This document shows positions 8,162-17,598 of a stretch of DNA of 22,249 nucleotides, in pieces. Under the pieces are notes generated by a model that was given only the letters and a program-made list of their open reading frames with translations, ran no database searches and was not told the origin of the DNA. The translations under genes were made by a program, and so were the position numbers. Source of the DNA: Verrucomicrobiota bacterium (GTDB taxonomy: Bacteria; Verrucomicrobiota; Verrucomicrobiia; Chthoniobacterales; UBA6821); contig WBXG01000026.1 in assembly GCA_008932965.1 (NCBI GenBank), forward strand, positions 1 to 22,249, given 5' to 3'. Position 1 is the stretch's first letter, and the number at the start of each line of letters is the position of its first letter.

Positions 8162-8346
8162 CTTAACACGAATATTTCATACTAATCATACCGAGGAGGC
8201 TGCGAAGCTAGATGGGGTTAGGCGAGAGATGAAGTCTGACGACGGCTGTGTGTGAACACACTGCCTGAGGAAGACTTCGAGATTAATGCAGCATCCACTC
8301 TTGCTTCCCGGATTCCGTAGGTGATTGGTATGAAATATTCGGGTTA
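8162..8346 (+). repeat. Repeat family copy B (short form, 185 bp)
   Basis: The sequence runs ttaacacgaatatttcatactaatca ... ggtatgaaatattcgggttaa with TTAA at both ends. It is colinear with copy A but carries many substitutions, some of them compensatory in the internal stems. Confidence 0.9.
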
Positions 8347-8424
8347 ACATATGAGGAAACTACCTCAAGATTGAAATCTCTACTCTAACATGGAAGTGGA
8401 ATCACAAAACAAAAAAAAGTGATC

Positions 8425-8462
8425 ATTAACCCGCATATTTCATACTGGTCGTGACGAAGAAG
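8425..8462 (+). repeat. Solo left-end fragment of the repeat family
   Basis: ttaacccgcatatttcatactggtcgtgacgaagaag matches the first ~37 nt of copy A (ttaacccggatatttcatactgatcgtaacgaggagg). Similarity then stops. Confidence 0.7.
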
Positions 8463-8475
8463 ATTGGAAAAACTG

Positions 8476-9969
8476 TTAAACGATTCTTGAGCTAATAGAA
8501 CCATCTTCAAATTCTGTCTGAAGGGTTGCCCCTGGACTCCAGTTCTTTGAGGAGCTTACCACGGTACCGCTGAGGTCTCGAGTAATAGTAAATCCGCGTG
8601 CCAGTGTTGCTCGAGGACTCAGAGCAGCCAAGGAAGAACGTAAATTTTCGATACGTCCACGAATGAGTTCGAGTCGGTGATGAAGATCATACTCCAACTG
8701 CTTTTTATTGGTCGTGTAGCGCTGTTGAGCTTGGAGAATGACATGGCGTGGATGATGCGAGCGCAAGCATGCGGAGGCCCGCTCTATTTGAAATCTGGCC
8801 TCTTCACACCGACGTTGAATAGGATTCTCTAATCTCTGCTCAAGATGATCGATACGTTGTTGTACTTCGGAGAGAAACCGTTCTGGAGCACGAAAGAGAA
8901 TGGTATTTTCGAGCCTCCTTGTTTCACTAGAACGTTGCTCCCATGAGCCCGTTGTCTCCCGAACAATACGTCTTAGGAGCGATCTTGCTTGTTCGAGCAA
9001 AGCGATACTATCTGCTGCAATAAGCTCTGCTGCTGCACTGGGAGTCGGTGCTCGTAGATCAGCAGCAAAATCACTCAGAGTAAAATCGATCTCATGTCCT
9101 ACTGCACTCACTATTGGAAGAGAACTTGCCACAATCGCTCTGACGATCACCTCTTCGTTAAATTCCCACAGATCTTCCAAACTACCTCCCCCACGAGTAA
9201 GAACAATGAGATCGAGGGGACCCAATGCCAACGAATTCAACTCTTCGATGGCTCTAGCAATCTCACCAGCAGCTCCTTTTCCTTGAACTCGTACAGGATA
9301 AATCACCACCTGCAATCCGGGATGGCGCCGGTGAAGAACCTTGAGAAAATCAGCAAGTGCTGCTCCCGTAGGGGAAGTCACAACACCAATACGCTTTGGA
9401 AACTTTGGAAGTGAACGCTTCCGAGAAGGATCAAATAATCCCTCTCGAACCAGTTGTTGCTTGAGAGCTTCCAAGCGCGCTTGTAAAAGACCTTCTCCTT
9501 TGAGTTGGACGAGACGCACGAGGAGCTGATACTGACCACGTGGTTGATAAACAGTTACCTCCCCATGCACTTGCACCGCTATTCCATCTGCTAGAGATAA
9601 CGGAGGCATCATTGCTGCAGCACGCCCAAAAAGCACGCAGGCGATCTGAGAATCACTATCTTTTAGAGTAAAATAGTGATGTCCGGAGGATTGCTTACGA
9701 TAATTGGAAATTTCTCCCTCCACCCAAACGGTTCCAATTCCCTCTTCTAGTAACCGAGCTACACGCTTGGTCACTTGACTCACTGTCATGATCCTAGGCA
9801 CGAGGGGTGTTTGAGGGAGCGTCTCTCCTACTGGTTCTCCCTTTGCTAGAATTATTTTTTTAGTCCGAGGTGCTCTTTTTTCACGGGGTATAAACGAGAC
9901 TTCCTGAAGAGGCCCCATAGAAAAACTAAGCTCTCCTTGTTTTAAAATCTGGTTTGTTTCCTGCATCAC
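8476..9969 (-). CDS. xseA: Exodeoxyribonuclease VII large subunit
   Basis: MTVSQVTKRVARLLEEGIGTVWVEGEISNYRKQSSGHHYFTLKDS is the OB-fold signature, followed by the VVTSPTGAA catalytic region and a long coiled-coil C-terminus. The true start may be an internal Met (MTVSQV..). Confidence 0.9.
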   Translation of the reverse strand: MMQETNQILKQGELSFSMGPLQEVSFIPREKRAPRTKKIILAKGEPVGETLPQTPLVPRIMTVSQVTKRVARLLEEGIGTVWVEGEISNYRKQSSGHHYFTLKDSDSQIACVLFGRAAAMMPPLSLADGIAVQVHGEVTVYQPRGQYQLLVRLVQLKGEGLLQARLEALKQQLVREGLFDPSRKRSLPKFPKRIGVVTSPTGAALADFLKVLHRRHPGLQVVIYPVRVQGKGAAGEIARAIEELNSLALGPLDLIVLTRGGGSLEDLWEFNEEVIVRAIVASSLPIVSAVGHEIDFTLSDFAADLRAPTPSAAAELIAADSIALLEQARSLLRRIVRETTGSWEQRSSETRRLENTILFRAPERFLSEVQQRIDHLEQRLENPIQRRCEEARFQIERASACLRSHHPRHVILQAQQRYTTNKKQLEYDLHHRLELIRGRIENLRSSLAALSPRATLARGFTITRDLSGTVVSSSKNWSPGATLQTEFEDGSISSRIV

Positions 9970-9978
9970 AATACTATT

Positions 9979-11607
9979 TTAAATAATAGGATTTTGAGGA
10001 GTAAGAAGCCGCTCAATAGCACCAGCAATTTCATTTTCTGGCACATGAGGTAAAAAATATGCTGCTAGTAAATTGCGCTGTTCTCCATGGAGCCTTGTTA
10101 AAGCTATCTCACATTGATTTAATAGCACATTTTTCCGCGGCACAGGCATTGCATTAGTAATCTGTTGTAGGGGATTGACTGCAGCTAGTGCTCTCTCATG
10201 GAGATTTTGAAAATAATAGGGAGCATCTCCTACATTGGTTAAGACAAGGCTATCATATTTAAACTTGGTACTGAGTCCTGCACATTGAAATCCAGAAGCT
10301 CTAAGTTCATTTATTCTAGCGGATGTGGCATCACCTTGAGAGTAAGAATTTACAGACTCTAAAAAGAAATTTGCAGACATTTTTAGGAAGGCTGAAGCAC
10401 TTGAATATTCTTTTATATCTTCGACCTGCTGCAGATTTAAATCAACCTCTTGAGGGATTATTGCTAACAAATCATCCACTGCATGCTGGCAGGCAAATGC
10501 AAAATTAATACTCTTTTTTGCGTTGAAAATAGTTAAACGAATAGGTTGGTCTAGTAGTTCAGTGACATTGTCTGGTACTTGTTCACCTGCTGCTCTCCTT
10601 TGCCCCCTTACTTCCTGTAAGAACCTAACAGCGTTTTGATGTATGAAAATATTTTCTTTAATAATACTCCCAGCAATTGCATAGCAATCTATTTGCATCA
10701 ATTGAGATTTAATATGGGTAAGGGATTTTTGGGATATTGGAATGGCATTTTCTTGATGGTCAGTAATAGCTTCTCTAGCGGTGGCAACAAGATTGGTACA
10801 AAGAGTAGTACAATCCTCTAGTTTCGCGATCACAGCTCTAACATGAGTCTTAAAGTTGTTTCCAGCCGCAAGCTGCAAGTTTAAATTACTCTTATCATTT
10901 AAATTGATTTGAACCCTCTGACGCTCTTCTGGCACAGGATCAGTAAGCATCGTTGCTGTTTCAACAATATCATTCTGAAGCATGGTGATTTCACGACACG
11001 CATCACGCTGTAACAATGGTAATATTATTGGAGCGTTGTGAGCTGGATTTGAATAGAAAGCACATTTATTGAAATAACTATGATTATCCCATAACTCTAA
11101 AGGAGGAAGTTCTATATCTTCATGAGGTGTTGCAGCAATGTGATGATAATCTTGTTCATGCTGTTGCATTCTACTTTCATACTCTATTCTCGTTTGATTG
11201 GCTTGGTCCCTAGCAGCTATAACATCTAAATGTTCTCGGCCTAGGAAAACTTGGAGAGCCGCTTCAGTCAATCGATTAGGATCTGCTGCTGCAGGAGCTG
11301 GAGCTACCTCAGCACCTTTCTCTAAAATGGCTGCAGCTAACGTTGAAGAAACCTCTGGGAGAGAAAGAATAGTATGATCTTCCAGATTATGAGCGGAGTC
11401 ACTAATTGGAAAGGGAGTGCTTCGCCCTTCGCTGCTAGATAATGAAGCAATCGACGATTCACTAGAGGGAATCTCCTCTATAGAATGATCAAAGGCATCA
11501 CTAAAACTACGTCTATGCAATTGAGAAGAACCATCCGGATCCTCTGCCTCCGTTGAAGTATGAGGGCTACTAGTAGAACTTGTGATTTTTAAAGATGGAT
11601 TAGACAT
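9979..11607 (-). CDS. Hypothetical protein (orphan, with a Ser/Thr/Glu-rich disordered N-terminus)
   Basis: A 542-aa ORF. The first ~100 aa are low-complexity (SSTSSPHTSTEAEDPDGSS...SSESSIASLSSSEGRS) and the rest looks helical. I recognise no catalytic or family motif. Confidence 0.65.
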   Translation of the reverse strand: MSNPSLKITSSTSSPHTSTEAEDPDGSSQLHRRSFSDAFDHSIEEIPSSESSIASLSSSEGRSTPFPISDSAHNLEDHTILSLPEVSSTLAAAILEKGAEVAPAPAAADPNRLTEAALQVFLGREHLDVIAARDQANQTRIEYESRMQQHEQDYHHIAATPHEDIELPPLELWDNHSYFNKCAFYSNPAHNAPIILPLLQRDACREITMLQNDIVETATMLTDPVPEERQRVQINLNDKSNLNLQLAAGNNFKTHVRAVIAKLEDCTTLCTNLVATAREAITDHQENAIPISQKSLTHIKSQLMQIDCYAIAGSIIKENIFIHQNAVRFLQEVRGQRRAAGEQVPDNVTELLDQPIRLTIFNAKKSINFAFACQHAVDDLLAIIPQEVDLNLQQVEDIKEYSSASAFLKMSANFFLESVNSYSQGDATSARINELRASGFQCAGLSTKFKYDSLVLTNVGDAPYYFQNLHERALAAVNPLQQITNAMPVPRKNVLLNQCEIALTRLHGEQRNLLAAYFLPHVPENEIAGAIERLLTPQNPII

Positions 11608-11625
11608 TGGTTTTTTTTGGTTATG

Positions 11626-11901
11626 TTAAATATTTCTTACCGATTGTGAAGAGGAGATTGCGAAGGCTGATGAGGCACCACCGGCGGTCGAGAAACCGCG
11701 GGGGAGACTGCCCAGAGTTGCAGGCTCTTTGAGGCAGCCCTGAAAGGGCGAGACAAGTGGGAGCGAGCGAGTCAACGCAGACATCTGTTTTGACGCAGGG
11801 CTCTATGAGTCCCTACTCTCCAGGTTAAAATATGAGTCTAACGCAGCATCCATTTGACTTCTCGGCTTCCGTAGTAGATCGGTATGAAATATGCGGGCTA
11901 G
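11626..11901 (+). repeat. Repeat family copy C (long form, 276 bp). The left TIR is partly deleted and the right end is flanked by CTAG.
   Basis: The left end is ttaa-atatttcttaccgattg and the right end is ccgtagtagatcggtatgaaatatgcgggctag. The copy carries an extra GC-rich module of about 85 nt (about 11673-11757) that is shared with copy E. Confidence 0.85.
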
Positions 11902-11906
11902 TGTTA

Positions 11907-13178
11907 TTAACTTATGGCCTCTGCAATAGAAGCCACTACGGTATTAATCTCTTTCTCGCTAAGCTCTGGGAAAATCGGGAGTGCTAATGTCTCTAGGGCG
12001 GCTCGCTCTGACTCTATGAAGTCTTTTTTCTTGTGACCAAGGTAAGCAAAGCACTCTTGAAGATGGAGTGGCACAGGATAGTAAATGGCATAACCAATCT
12101 GTTTTTTCTTGAGATGGGCCATGATTGTTTCTCTCAATCCAGCTTGAGGTCCTTGATCAGCGCTCCCCACGATACGAATCACATATTGATGATAGATATG
12201 ATGATTTTTTAATCCACTTGCAGCCCATGGCTCTGAGGGAAGGTGAATACGACTTAGAAGCCCAGCCTTGGCAAAAGCATTTTTATAAATTGCAGCATTA
12301 TTGCGACGTTGTTCATTCCATTGATCAATATAGGGCAAGCGGACTCGTAAAATTGCTGCTTGTATTGCATCTAGGCGAAAATTTCCTCCTACTACTTTAT
12401 GATAGTAGCGCTCTTCCATCCCATGATTTCTGATTAATCGGACCTGATCGGCTACTTCTGGATCAAGAGCAACCGCAAGACCAGCATCCCCTGCAGCACC
12501 TAGGTTTTTAGTAGGATAAAAACTAAAGTAAGACATCTCAGCAATAGCCCCAGCTTTTTTTGGACCATGAATACTGGGATAATCGGCTCCGAGCACTTGA
12601 GCAGCATCTTCAATCACCATAAGGTGATACTCTTTTGCAATGGCCATTATGGCATCCATATCACAGCAGGTTCCAAAAAGATGAATCGGCATCACCATTT
12701 TAACATGATTCCCATGAGCAGAGCGCAACACTCCTGACGTCTCTCGTTTCAAGTTTCCTAAAATCAGTCGTAATTTTTCTGGATCCATCATGTAGGTTGC
12801 TGGATCGATATCACAAAAGATAATCTCTGCTCCAACCCGATGAATACATCCCGCTGTTGCAAAAAAAGTATAGGGAGTTGTAATCACGGCATCACCTGCT
12901 CCAATATTTTTTGCGATTAAAAGTGCAAGAAGAGCATCCGTCCCTGATGAGGTCCCGATAGCCTGAGGCATTCGAGGGGAAGCTGACTCTGGAGTCTCTC
13001 CTTGAGGTAAAATGGCTTCAAGGCATCTCTTCTCCACCTCTTTTTCAAAGATAAGAACTTCTTTACCCAAAATAAATTCCTGATGGTCTAGGACCCGAAG
13101 AACAGCCTCTTTAGTAGCTTCATGCAAAGAGGGGCTCTGGGTTCGTTGACGTGAAAGATCAAAAAGGGGTACTGACAT
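11907..13178 (-). CDS. DegT/DnrJ/EryC1/StrS-family PLP-dependent sugar aminotransferase
   Basis: MSVPLFDLSRQ.., GTSSGTDALLLAL, VITTPYTFFATA, and SFYPTKNLGAAGDAG, which holds the PLP-binding Lys context typical of the family. Confidence 0.85.
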   Translation of the reverse strand: MSVPLFDLSRQRTQSPSLHEATKEAVLRVLDHQEFILGKEVLIFEKEVEKRCLEAILPQGETPESASPRMPQAIGTSSGTDALLALLIAKNIGAGDAVITTPYTFFATAGCIHRVGAEIIFCDIDPATYMMDPEKLRLILGNLKRETSGVLRSAHGNHVKMVMPIHLFGTCCDMDAIMAIAKEYHLMVIEDAAQVLGADYPSIHGPKKAGAIAEMSYFSFYPTKNLGAAGDAGLAVALDPEVADQVRLIRNHGMEERYYHKVVGGNFRLDAIQAAILRVRLPYIDQWNEQRRNNAAIYKNAFAKAGLLSRIHLPSEPWAASGLKNHHIYHQYVIRIVGSADQGPQAGLRETIMAHLKKKQIGYAIYYPVPLHLQECFAYLGHKKKDFIESERAALETLALPIFPELSEKEINTVVASIAEAIS

Positions 13179-13245
13179 AGAGAAAATAAATCACAAATGA
13201 GTAGGAAAGGATACTCCAGAATGGCTATGACAAATAGAGATACGA

Positions 13246-14619
13246 TCAGTTTTTTTTCTTTAAAATCGGATAGCAGCCAAGGGCTACTAAAATGATCAGC
13301 CCTCCAACACCTGCTTCAAGCGGATTAGTAATGATGGTGTAAATCAGAGCAAGGAGACTTAGCAGTGCAAAACAAAGCGAGGGGAGTGGATAAAGGGGGC
13401 ATCGAAATCCTCTACGAGGAGATAAGGAAGTTACAGTTTCCGTTTTCAAGTAACGTTGACGTAGGACAATTAACCCGATCACTCCTAGTAAGGAGCAAAA
13501 AATAATGGGGACCTGGGTAGTTACCAGAACTGCTTTAAATGAACCAGTAGCTAGCACTACCAGCACGAGGAGATACTGAAGGAGGGTGGAACGAATAGGA
13601 ACATGATTTCGAGAGACAGGAGATAACCAGCGAAGCGCGACAAGATCACGTCCCATTGCTTGTGTCATTCGAGGACCAATCCAAATCATTCCACTAATAC
13701 CGGAAACTAAACCGATAGCGATGAGGCCTGCCATGATGCGTCCCCCCACAGGACCAACCAAATGGATTGCCACGATCGTTCCTACATTCAATGTCCCTTG
13801 TAGTGCACTTATCGGGGCAGCTAAGAGAAAAATGGTATTGAGTAATAAATAAAGAAGTATGACCAAAAGCGTTCCAATCACGAGAGACCATCCCACCGTC
13901 TTGCGCGAGGAAATAATGTCATCAGCGATATAGACAGAGGAATTCCATCCCGAATAGGCATAGAAACAAAAGAGCAACACCACTCCTGAGGTTGGCTCAA
14001 GAAGCTCTTGAAAAGCTCTTTTCGAGGGAAGCAGGATCTTTGGTGAAAGGGATGTGTAGTAAAATCCAAACACAATAATACCAGCAATGAGTACAAATTT
14101 TAAAATGGTCAACGTGTTTTGGAAAAGGACACTCACATTCCAATGCAGTAAATGTGCAATAGTAATAATAGTCACTAAAAGCATGGATGAGAGCATCGGC
14201 GGAACTCCTGGAAAAAAATCTTGGAAATATTTTCCAAAGGCCATACTTGCAAGGGCAATAGGAGCTACAAATCCAGCTAAGAGAGTAATAATACCTGCCA
14301 TTGTTCCAATAGCTGGATGATAAATATGAGCCAGATAATAATAATCTCCCCCAGAATGCGGTAAATACGAGGCAATTTCTGCATAGGAGAGAGCCCCACA
14401 AAGGGCAACAATACCTGCGAGTGTCCAGAGCACTAAAATTCCAAAACCACTTGGAATACTCATGAGCTGAATACCAAGGCTGGTATAAATTCCATTTCCG
14501 ATCATCACGGAAGCAACTAAGAATACAGAGGTAAGAAGCCCTATCTTGTGAGGACGTTGTGAGGAGCTCTCTTTATGATGGAGTAATGACATAGAATCCC
14601 AATTTAATGATGAGGGCAA
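13246..14619 (-). CDS. Amino acid/polyamine permease (APC superfamily)
   Basis: 457 aa with about 12 hydrophobic segments. The N-terminal IGNGIYTSLG motif is APC-like (GxG). The ORF overlaps the upstream ORF by 47 nt. Confidence 0.75.
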   Translation of the reverse strand: MPSSLNWDSMSLLHHKESSSQRPHKIGLLTSVFLVASVMIGNGIYTSLGIQLMSIPSGFGILVLWTLAGIVALCGALSYAEIASYLPHSGGDYYYLAHIYHPAIGTMAGIITLLAGFVAPIALASMAFGKYFQDFFPGVPPMLSSMLLVTIITIAHLLHWNVSVLFQNTLTILKFVLIAGIIVFGFYYTSLSPKILLPSKRAFQELLEPTSGVVLLFCFYAYSGWNSSVYIADDIISSRKTVGWSLVIGTLLVILLYLLLNTIFLLAAPISALQGTLNVGTIVAIHLVGPVGGRIMAGLIAIGLVSGISGMIWIGPRMTQAMGRDLVALRWLSPVSRNHVPIRSTLLQYLLVLVVLATGSFKAVLVTTQVPIIFCSLLGVIGLIVLRQRYLKTETVTSLSPRRGFRCPLYPLPSLCFALLSLLALIYTIITNPLEAGVGGLIILVALGCYPILKKKN

Positions 14620-15007
14620 ATCCTAGCGCCCATGGAACTGCACCTAGAGCGATGGAGGATAAAATTTTTTGAGGCTTTTCTCCAAGAGATAATAAAATCA
14701 ATGCTGCCACCTCAGGGCCGATGGTTACTGGAGCAATGAATCCTATTCCAAGAGCACCGTAGCGTTTCCACATTCTCCAAAATATTTTTTTATCATCTGG
14801 CTGAATTGAGAGATGGAGCTTTTTAAAAAGCCAGGCTCGCAACGGAGTTCCAAAAAGAATAATGACTCCTCCACCTGCGCTGTACCCCAGCCAAGCGACT
14901 GCTGTTGCTGCCCATAAGGGGGCACCAGCGATCGTGGCCATCGGAATTGCACTAATGAAGTAGAGCAGACCAAGGCTAAAGGCGGTAAAGAGGGCAAAGA
15001 TCATCAA
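14573..15007 (-). CDS. Small integral membrane protein (function unknown)
   Basis: 144 aa with four hydrophobic segments. It is co-directional and tightly packed with folA and the permease. I cannot assign a family with confidence. Confidence 0.55.
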   Translation of the reverse strand: MMIFALFTAFSLGLLYFISAIPMATIAGAPLWAATAVAWLGYSAGGGVIILFGTPLRAWLFKKLHLSIQPDDKKIFWRMWKRYGALGIGFIAPVTIGPEVAALILLSLGEKPQKILSSIALGAVPWALGFALIIKLGFYVITPS

Positions 15008-15012
15008 TGCAA

Positions 15013-15477
15013 TCAGTGGCTTCTCTTTCTCCTGTACTCGTGAATGGTAAAGGAGTCTGTTTTCATGAGAACGGCAGTTGCTTGAAAATCTTCTTCGAAA
15101 GGAGGAAAAAAAGTATCTCCTTCCACATTTCGATGCACATGGGTGACAAAAAGTGTATCACATGCTGGAAGCAATAACTGATAAATTGCAGCTCCTCCGA
15201 TGACAAAAGTTTCATCCAAAGGAATAGTTAATAAAGGCAACTCCTCAACGCTATGGATGACGGTCACTTCAGGAATTTCTAATGGTTGATGTGTTAGGAG
15301 AATGTTTTTTCGTCCTGGAAGTGGTTTCCCAAGCGATTCATAGGTCTTTCTTCCCATAACAATAGGATGCCCTAATGTGGTTCTTTTAAAAAATCGAAAA
15401 TCTTCTGGCAAGTGCCATGGAAGACCTCCAGAAGCACCGATCACACGGTTTTCTGACATTGCTACAATCGCTTTCAT
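15013..15477 (-). CDS. folA: Dihydrofolate reductase
   Basis: [47 protein letters not shown] is the classical DHFR signature. The start overlaps the thyA stop (ATGA at 15474-15477). Confidence 0.93.
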   Translation of the reverse strand: MKAIVAMSENRVIGASGGLPWHLPEDFRFFKRTTLGHPIVMGRKTYESLGKPLPGRKNILLTHQPLEIPEVTVIHSVEELPLLTIPLDETFVIGGAAIYQLLLPACDTLFVTHVHRNVEGDTFFPPFEEDFQATAVLMKTDSFTIHEYRRKRSH

Positions 15478-16268
15478 ATGGAGATTGGTGCTTTGATCGC
15501 AGGATAAGGATCATAATTTTCCAATTGAAAATCCTCATAGCAGAAATCTCTTAAGTTACGAACAGTAGGATTTAATTTCATTTGGGGGAGGGGACGTGGA
15601 GTCCTTACAAGCTGTTCGTGAACTTGGTCTAGATGATTGAGATAAAGGTGGAGATCACCAAAGGTATGAATAAACTCTTTTGCACGCAGACCACATACCT
15701 GAGCGATCATCATGGTGAGAAGAGCGTACGAAGCGATGTTAAAAGGAACTCCTAAAAATAAATCAGCGCTCCGCTGGTAAAGCTGGCAGCTTAATTCTCC
15801 CTGACAAACATAAAATTGAAATAAGGCATGACAGGGGGCCAAGGCCATCTGGTCGATTTCTCCTGGATTCCATGCTGTCACAAGATGCCTACGACTATCA
15901 GGATTCGTCTTTATACCATGGATAAGTTGCTCAATCTGATCAATAGAAGGTCCATGGCAACACCGCCAATCCCGCCATTGAGCTCCATAGATACGGCCTA
16001 AGTCCCCCTTTTCATCAGCCCACTCATCCCAAATAGTAACCTGATTTTTATGGAGATAATCGACATTAGTTCCCCCTGCAAGAAACCAAAGCAACTCATG
16101 AATAATAGAGCGAAGATGAACTTTTTTTGTCGTTAGGAGAGGAAATCCTTTCCGAAGATCAAATCGCTCTTGAGCTCCAAAGAAAGAAAGAGTTCCCGTT
16201 CCTGTTCGATCTTCTTTGCGCTCTCCATGCTCAAGGACTAATCGAAGAAGGCGGTGATATTGTTGCAT
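15474..16268 (-). CDS. thyA: Thymidylate synthase (ThyA type)
   Basis: [43 protein letters not shown] (catalytic Cys) and [16 protein letters not shown]. The length of 264 aa fits ThyA. Confidence 0.95.
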   Translation of the reverse strand: MQQYHRLLRLVLEHGERKEDRTGTGTLSFFGAQERFDLRKGFPLLTTKKVHLRSIIHELLWFLAGGTNVDYLHKNQVTIWDEWADEKGDLGRIYGAQWRDWRCCHGPSIDQIEQLIHGIKTNPDSRRHLVTAWNPGEIDQMALAPCHALFQFYVCQGELSCQLYQRSADLFLGVPFNIASYALLTMMIAQVCGLRAKEFIHTFGDLHLYLNHLDQVHEQLVRTPRPLPQMKLNPTVRNLRDFCYEDFQLENYDPYPAIKAPISI

Positions 16269-16324
16269 AGAAAGAATTCTACTAATTTTACATTAATAAT
16301 AGAAAGATAGAAAATAAAAGTGCA

Positions 16325-16367
16325 AAGCGGATATTTCATACTGATCAGGATGAAACATCCGGGCTAG
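16325..16367. repeat. Miniature derivative of the repeat family (the two TIRs only, forming a hairpin)
   Basis: The sequence is aagcggatatttcatactgatcaggatgaaacatccgggctag. The arms 16329-16339 and 16350-16360 pair at 10 of 11 positions. The right flank is CTAG. Confidence 0.7.
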
Positions 16368-16914
16368 TTGTTTGCCTTTTCTCTGCTCCCAGCTGATCCA
16401 AAAGTCTTTTGCGACTTGGGGGTAATTGAGAGCCGGTGGCGCTTAACGACTCTTCCGCAGAGAGCGATGGATTGTAAATCCCTAAGGCTTTTGCAAGCTC
16501 TCGCTCAAAATATTCCACTGCTGCTCGTGTAGGAGCCTTGTTGCTTAAAAATCCAAAAGCACGGCTTAGTAAATCGAAGAGCTCCGGCACGGGATGCGAT
16601 AGCTCTATAAAAAGATCGCATAACTCTGCAAAATAGGAAGCTGAGAGCAAGGTGAGGTAGCCAGGAATCAACCGACGTTGAGGAATCATTGGAACCACTT
16701 CTTTCAAAATATGAAGATCACTTTTTTTACTCCATGAGAATGCAATCTCCACCTCGCCAAAAAGATCAAGGCATCCAGCAAAAGTACTTGCTTGTTTCAT
16801 CGCTCCTTGGGCTGCCGTCTTCACTTTTCCATGCTCTTGGGTCAGCCACACAAGTATAAGGCTTGTCTCAGATAAACGGTATTTACGAATTAAGAGCGCT
16901 TTTGTCTGCTGCAT
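16345..16914 (-). CDS. recO: DNA repair protein RecO
   Basis: MQQTKALLIRKYRLSETSLILVWLTQEHGKVKTAAQGA is a RecO-type OB-fold N-terminus. The ORF track extends to 16971, but the ATG at 16914 fits RecO better and cuts the overlap with the upstream gene. The last codons and the stop lie inside the miniature repeat. Confidence 0.75.
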   Translation of the reverse strand: MQQTKALLIRKYRLSETSLILVWLTQEHGKVKTAAQGAMKQASTFAGCLDLFGEVEIAFSWSKKSDLHILKEVVPMIPQRRLIPGYLTLLSASYFAELCDLFIELSHPVPELFDLLSRAFGFLSNKAPTRAAVEYFERELAKALGIYNPSLSAEESLSATGSQLPPSRKRLLDQLGAEKRQTTSPDVSS

Positions 16915-17569
16915 GGTCGATGCGGAGAGGAAATGTTTTATTGATATAATTCCAAAGAAACCATGCAACACACGATGAAATAATCATTGCTGCTAGGAGG
17001 TCCGAGGGATGATGGGCCCCAAGGACTAATCGCGACAAGGAGATGAGGGCTGCTAGGAGAAGGGCAGGAATTCCCCAAATAGGATTTGCTAAAAAAATAA
17101 TAATCGCAAATCCAAAGGCTGTAGCTGTATGTCCTGAAGGAAAACTATTGAACTCAGAATGTCCCAAGGTCCATTTTCCATGGTAGTAGGGACCATGCCA
17201 GGCTTGCTCCATTCCAGGAGAAACTCGAGGACGCGTTCTTCCTGTTGTTAGACGGAGTGTGTTTGTCACCGCACCCGCAAGTGTAGAGGCTATCATGGCG
17301 ACTAAAAAAATACGTTCCCATCGTGCGCTTTGATATCGTCGAGCTATGTAAAATCCAAGAATTCCTAACAACAGAAGTTCAGGCCAATCCCCATAGCGAC
17401 TTACAAAACTAAAAAAATATTTGGAAGTTGAATGATCCCAACCCACTCCTTCTGCTTTTAAAATAAAAGACCGAACAGGAGCATCAAAAAGAAATGCAAG
17501 CTTCATGAGTACGAGAGCACCCCCAAAGAGCAACAGGAGGAGAATGATTTTTTTACAGCGACAATTCAC
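16883..17569 (-). CDS. PAP2-family membrane phosphatase (phosphatidic acid / undecaprenyl-PP phosphatase-like)
   Basis: All three PAP2 motifs are present in order: RLTTGRTRPRV (KxxxxxxRP-like), FPSGHTA and SRLVLGAHHPSD. There are several TM segments. Confidence 0.82.
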   Translation of the reverse strand: MNCRCKKIILLLLLFGGALVLMKLAFLFDAPVRSFILKAEGVGWDHSTSKYFFSFVSRYGDWPELLLLGILGFYIARRYQSARWERIFLVAMIASTLAGAVTNTLRLTTGRTRPRVSPGMEQAWHGPYYHGKWTLGHSEFNSFPSGHTATAFGFAIIIFLANPIWGIPALLLAALISLSRLVLGAHHPSDLLAAMIISSCVAWFLWNYINKTFPLRIDHAADKSALNS

Positions 17570-17598
17570 AATGAGAGATCAGATAGTACGGCTCGCAT

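Noticed and set aside
11667-11700. A hammerhead-ribozyme-like string occurs in copy C: CUGAUGAG...GAAAC (ggctgatgaggcaccaccggcggtcgagaaaccgcg).
   Set aside because: The segment between CUGAUGA and GAAA cannot form the required stem II hairpin. No stem I/III arrangement or cleavage-site context is evident. The motif is not conserved in the other copies (CUGAUGGGG in A, CUGAUGCAG in E).
1202-14401. Many antisense or alternate-frame ORFs of 60-134 aa lie inside well-supported genes. Examples are 1202-1393, 1643-2061, 2325-2751, 3577-3849, 8900-9529, 10323-10821, 12125-12433, 13694-14401, 14743-14997, 20006-20462 and 21136-21588.
   Set aside because: Each is completely embedded in a longer ORF that has clear family motifs or a better coding appearance. 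Their translations are low-complexity or Arg/Ser/Cys-rich, as is typical of shadow frames.
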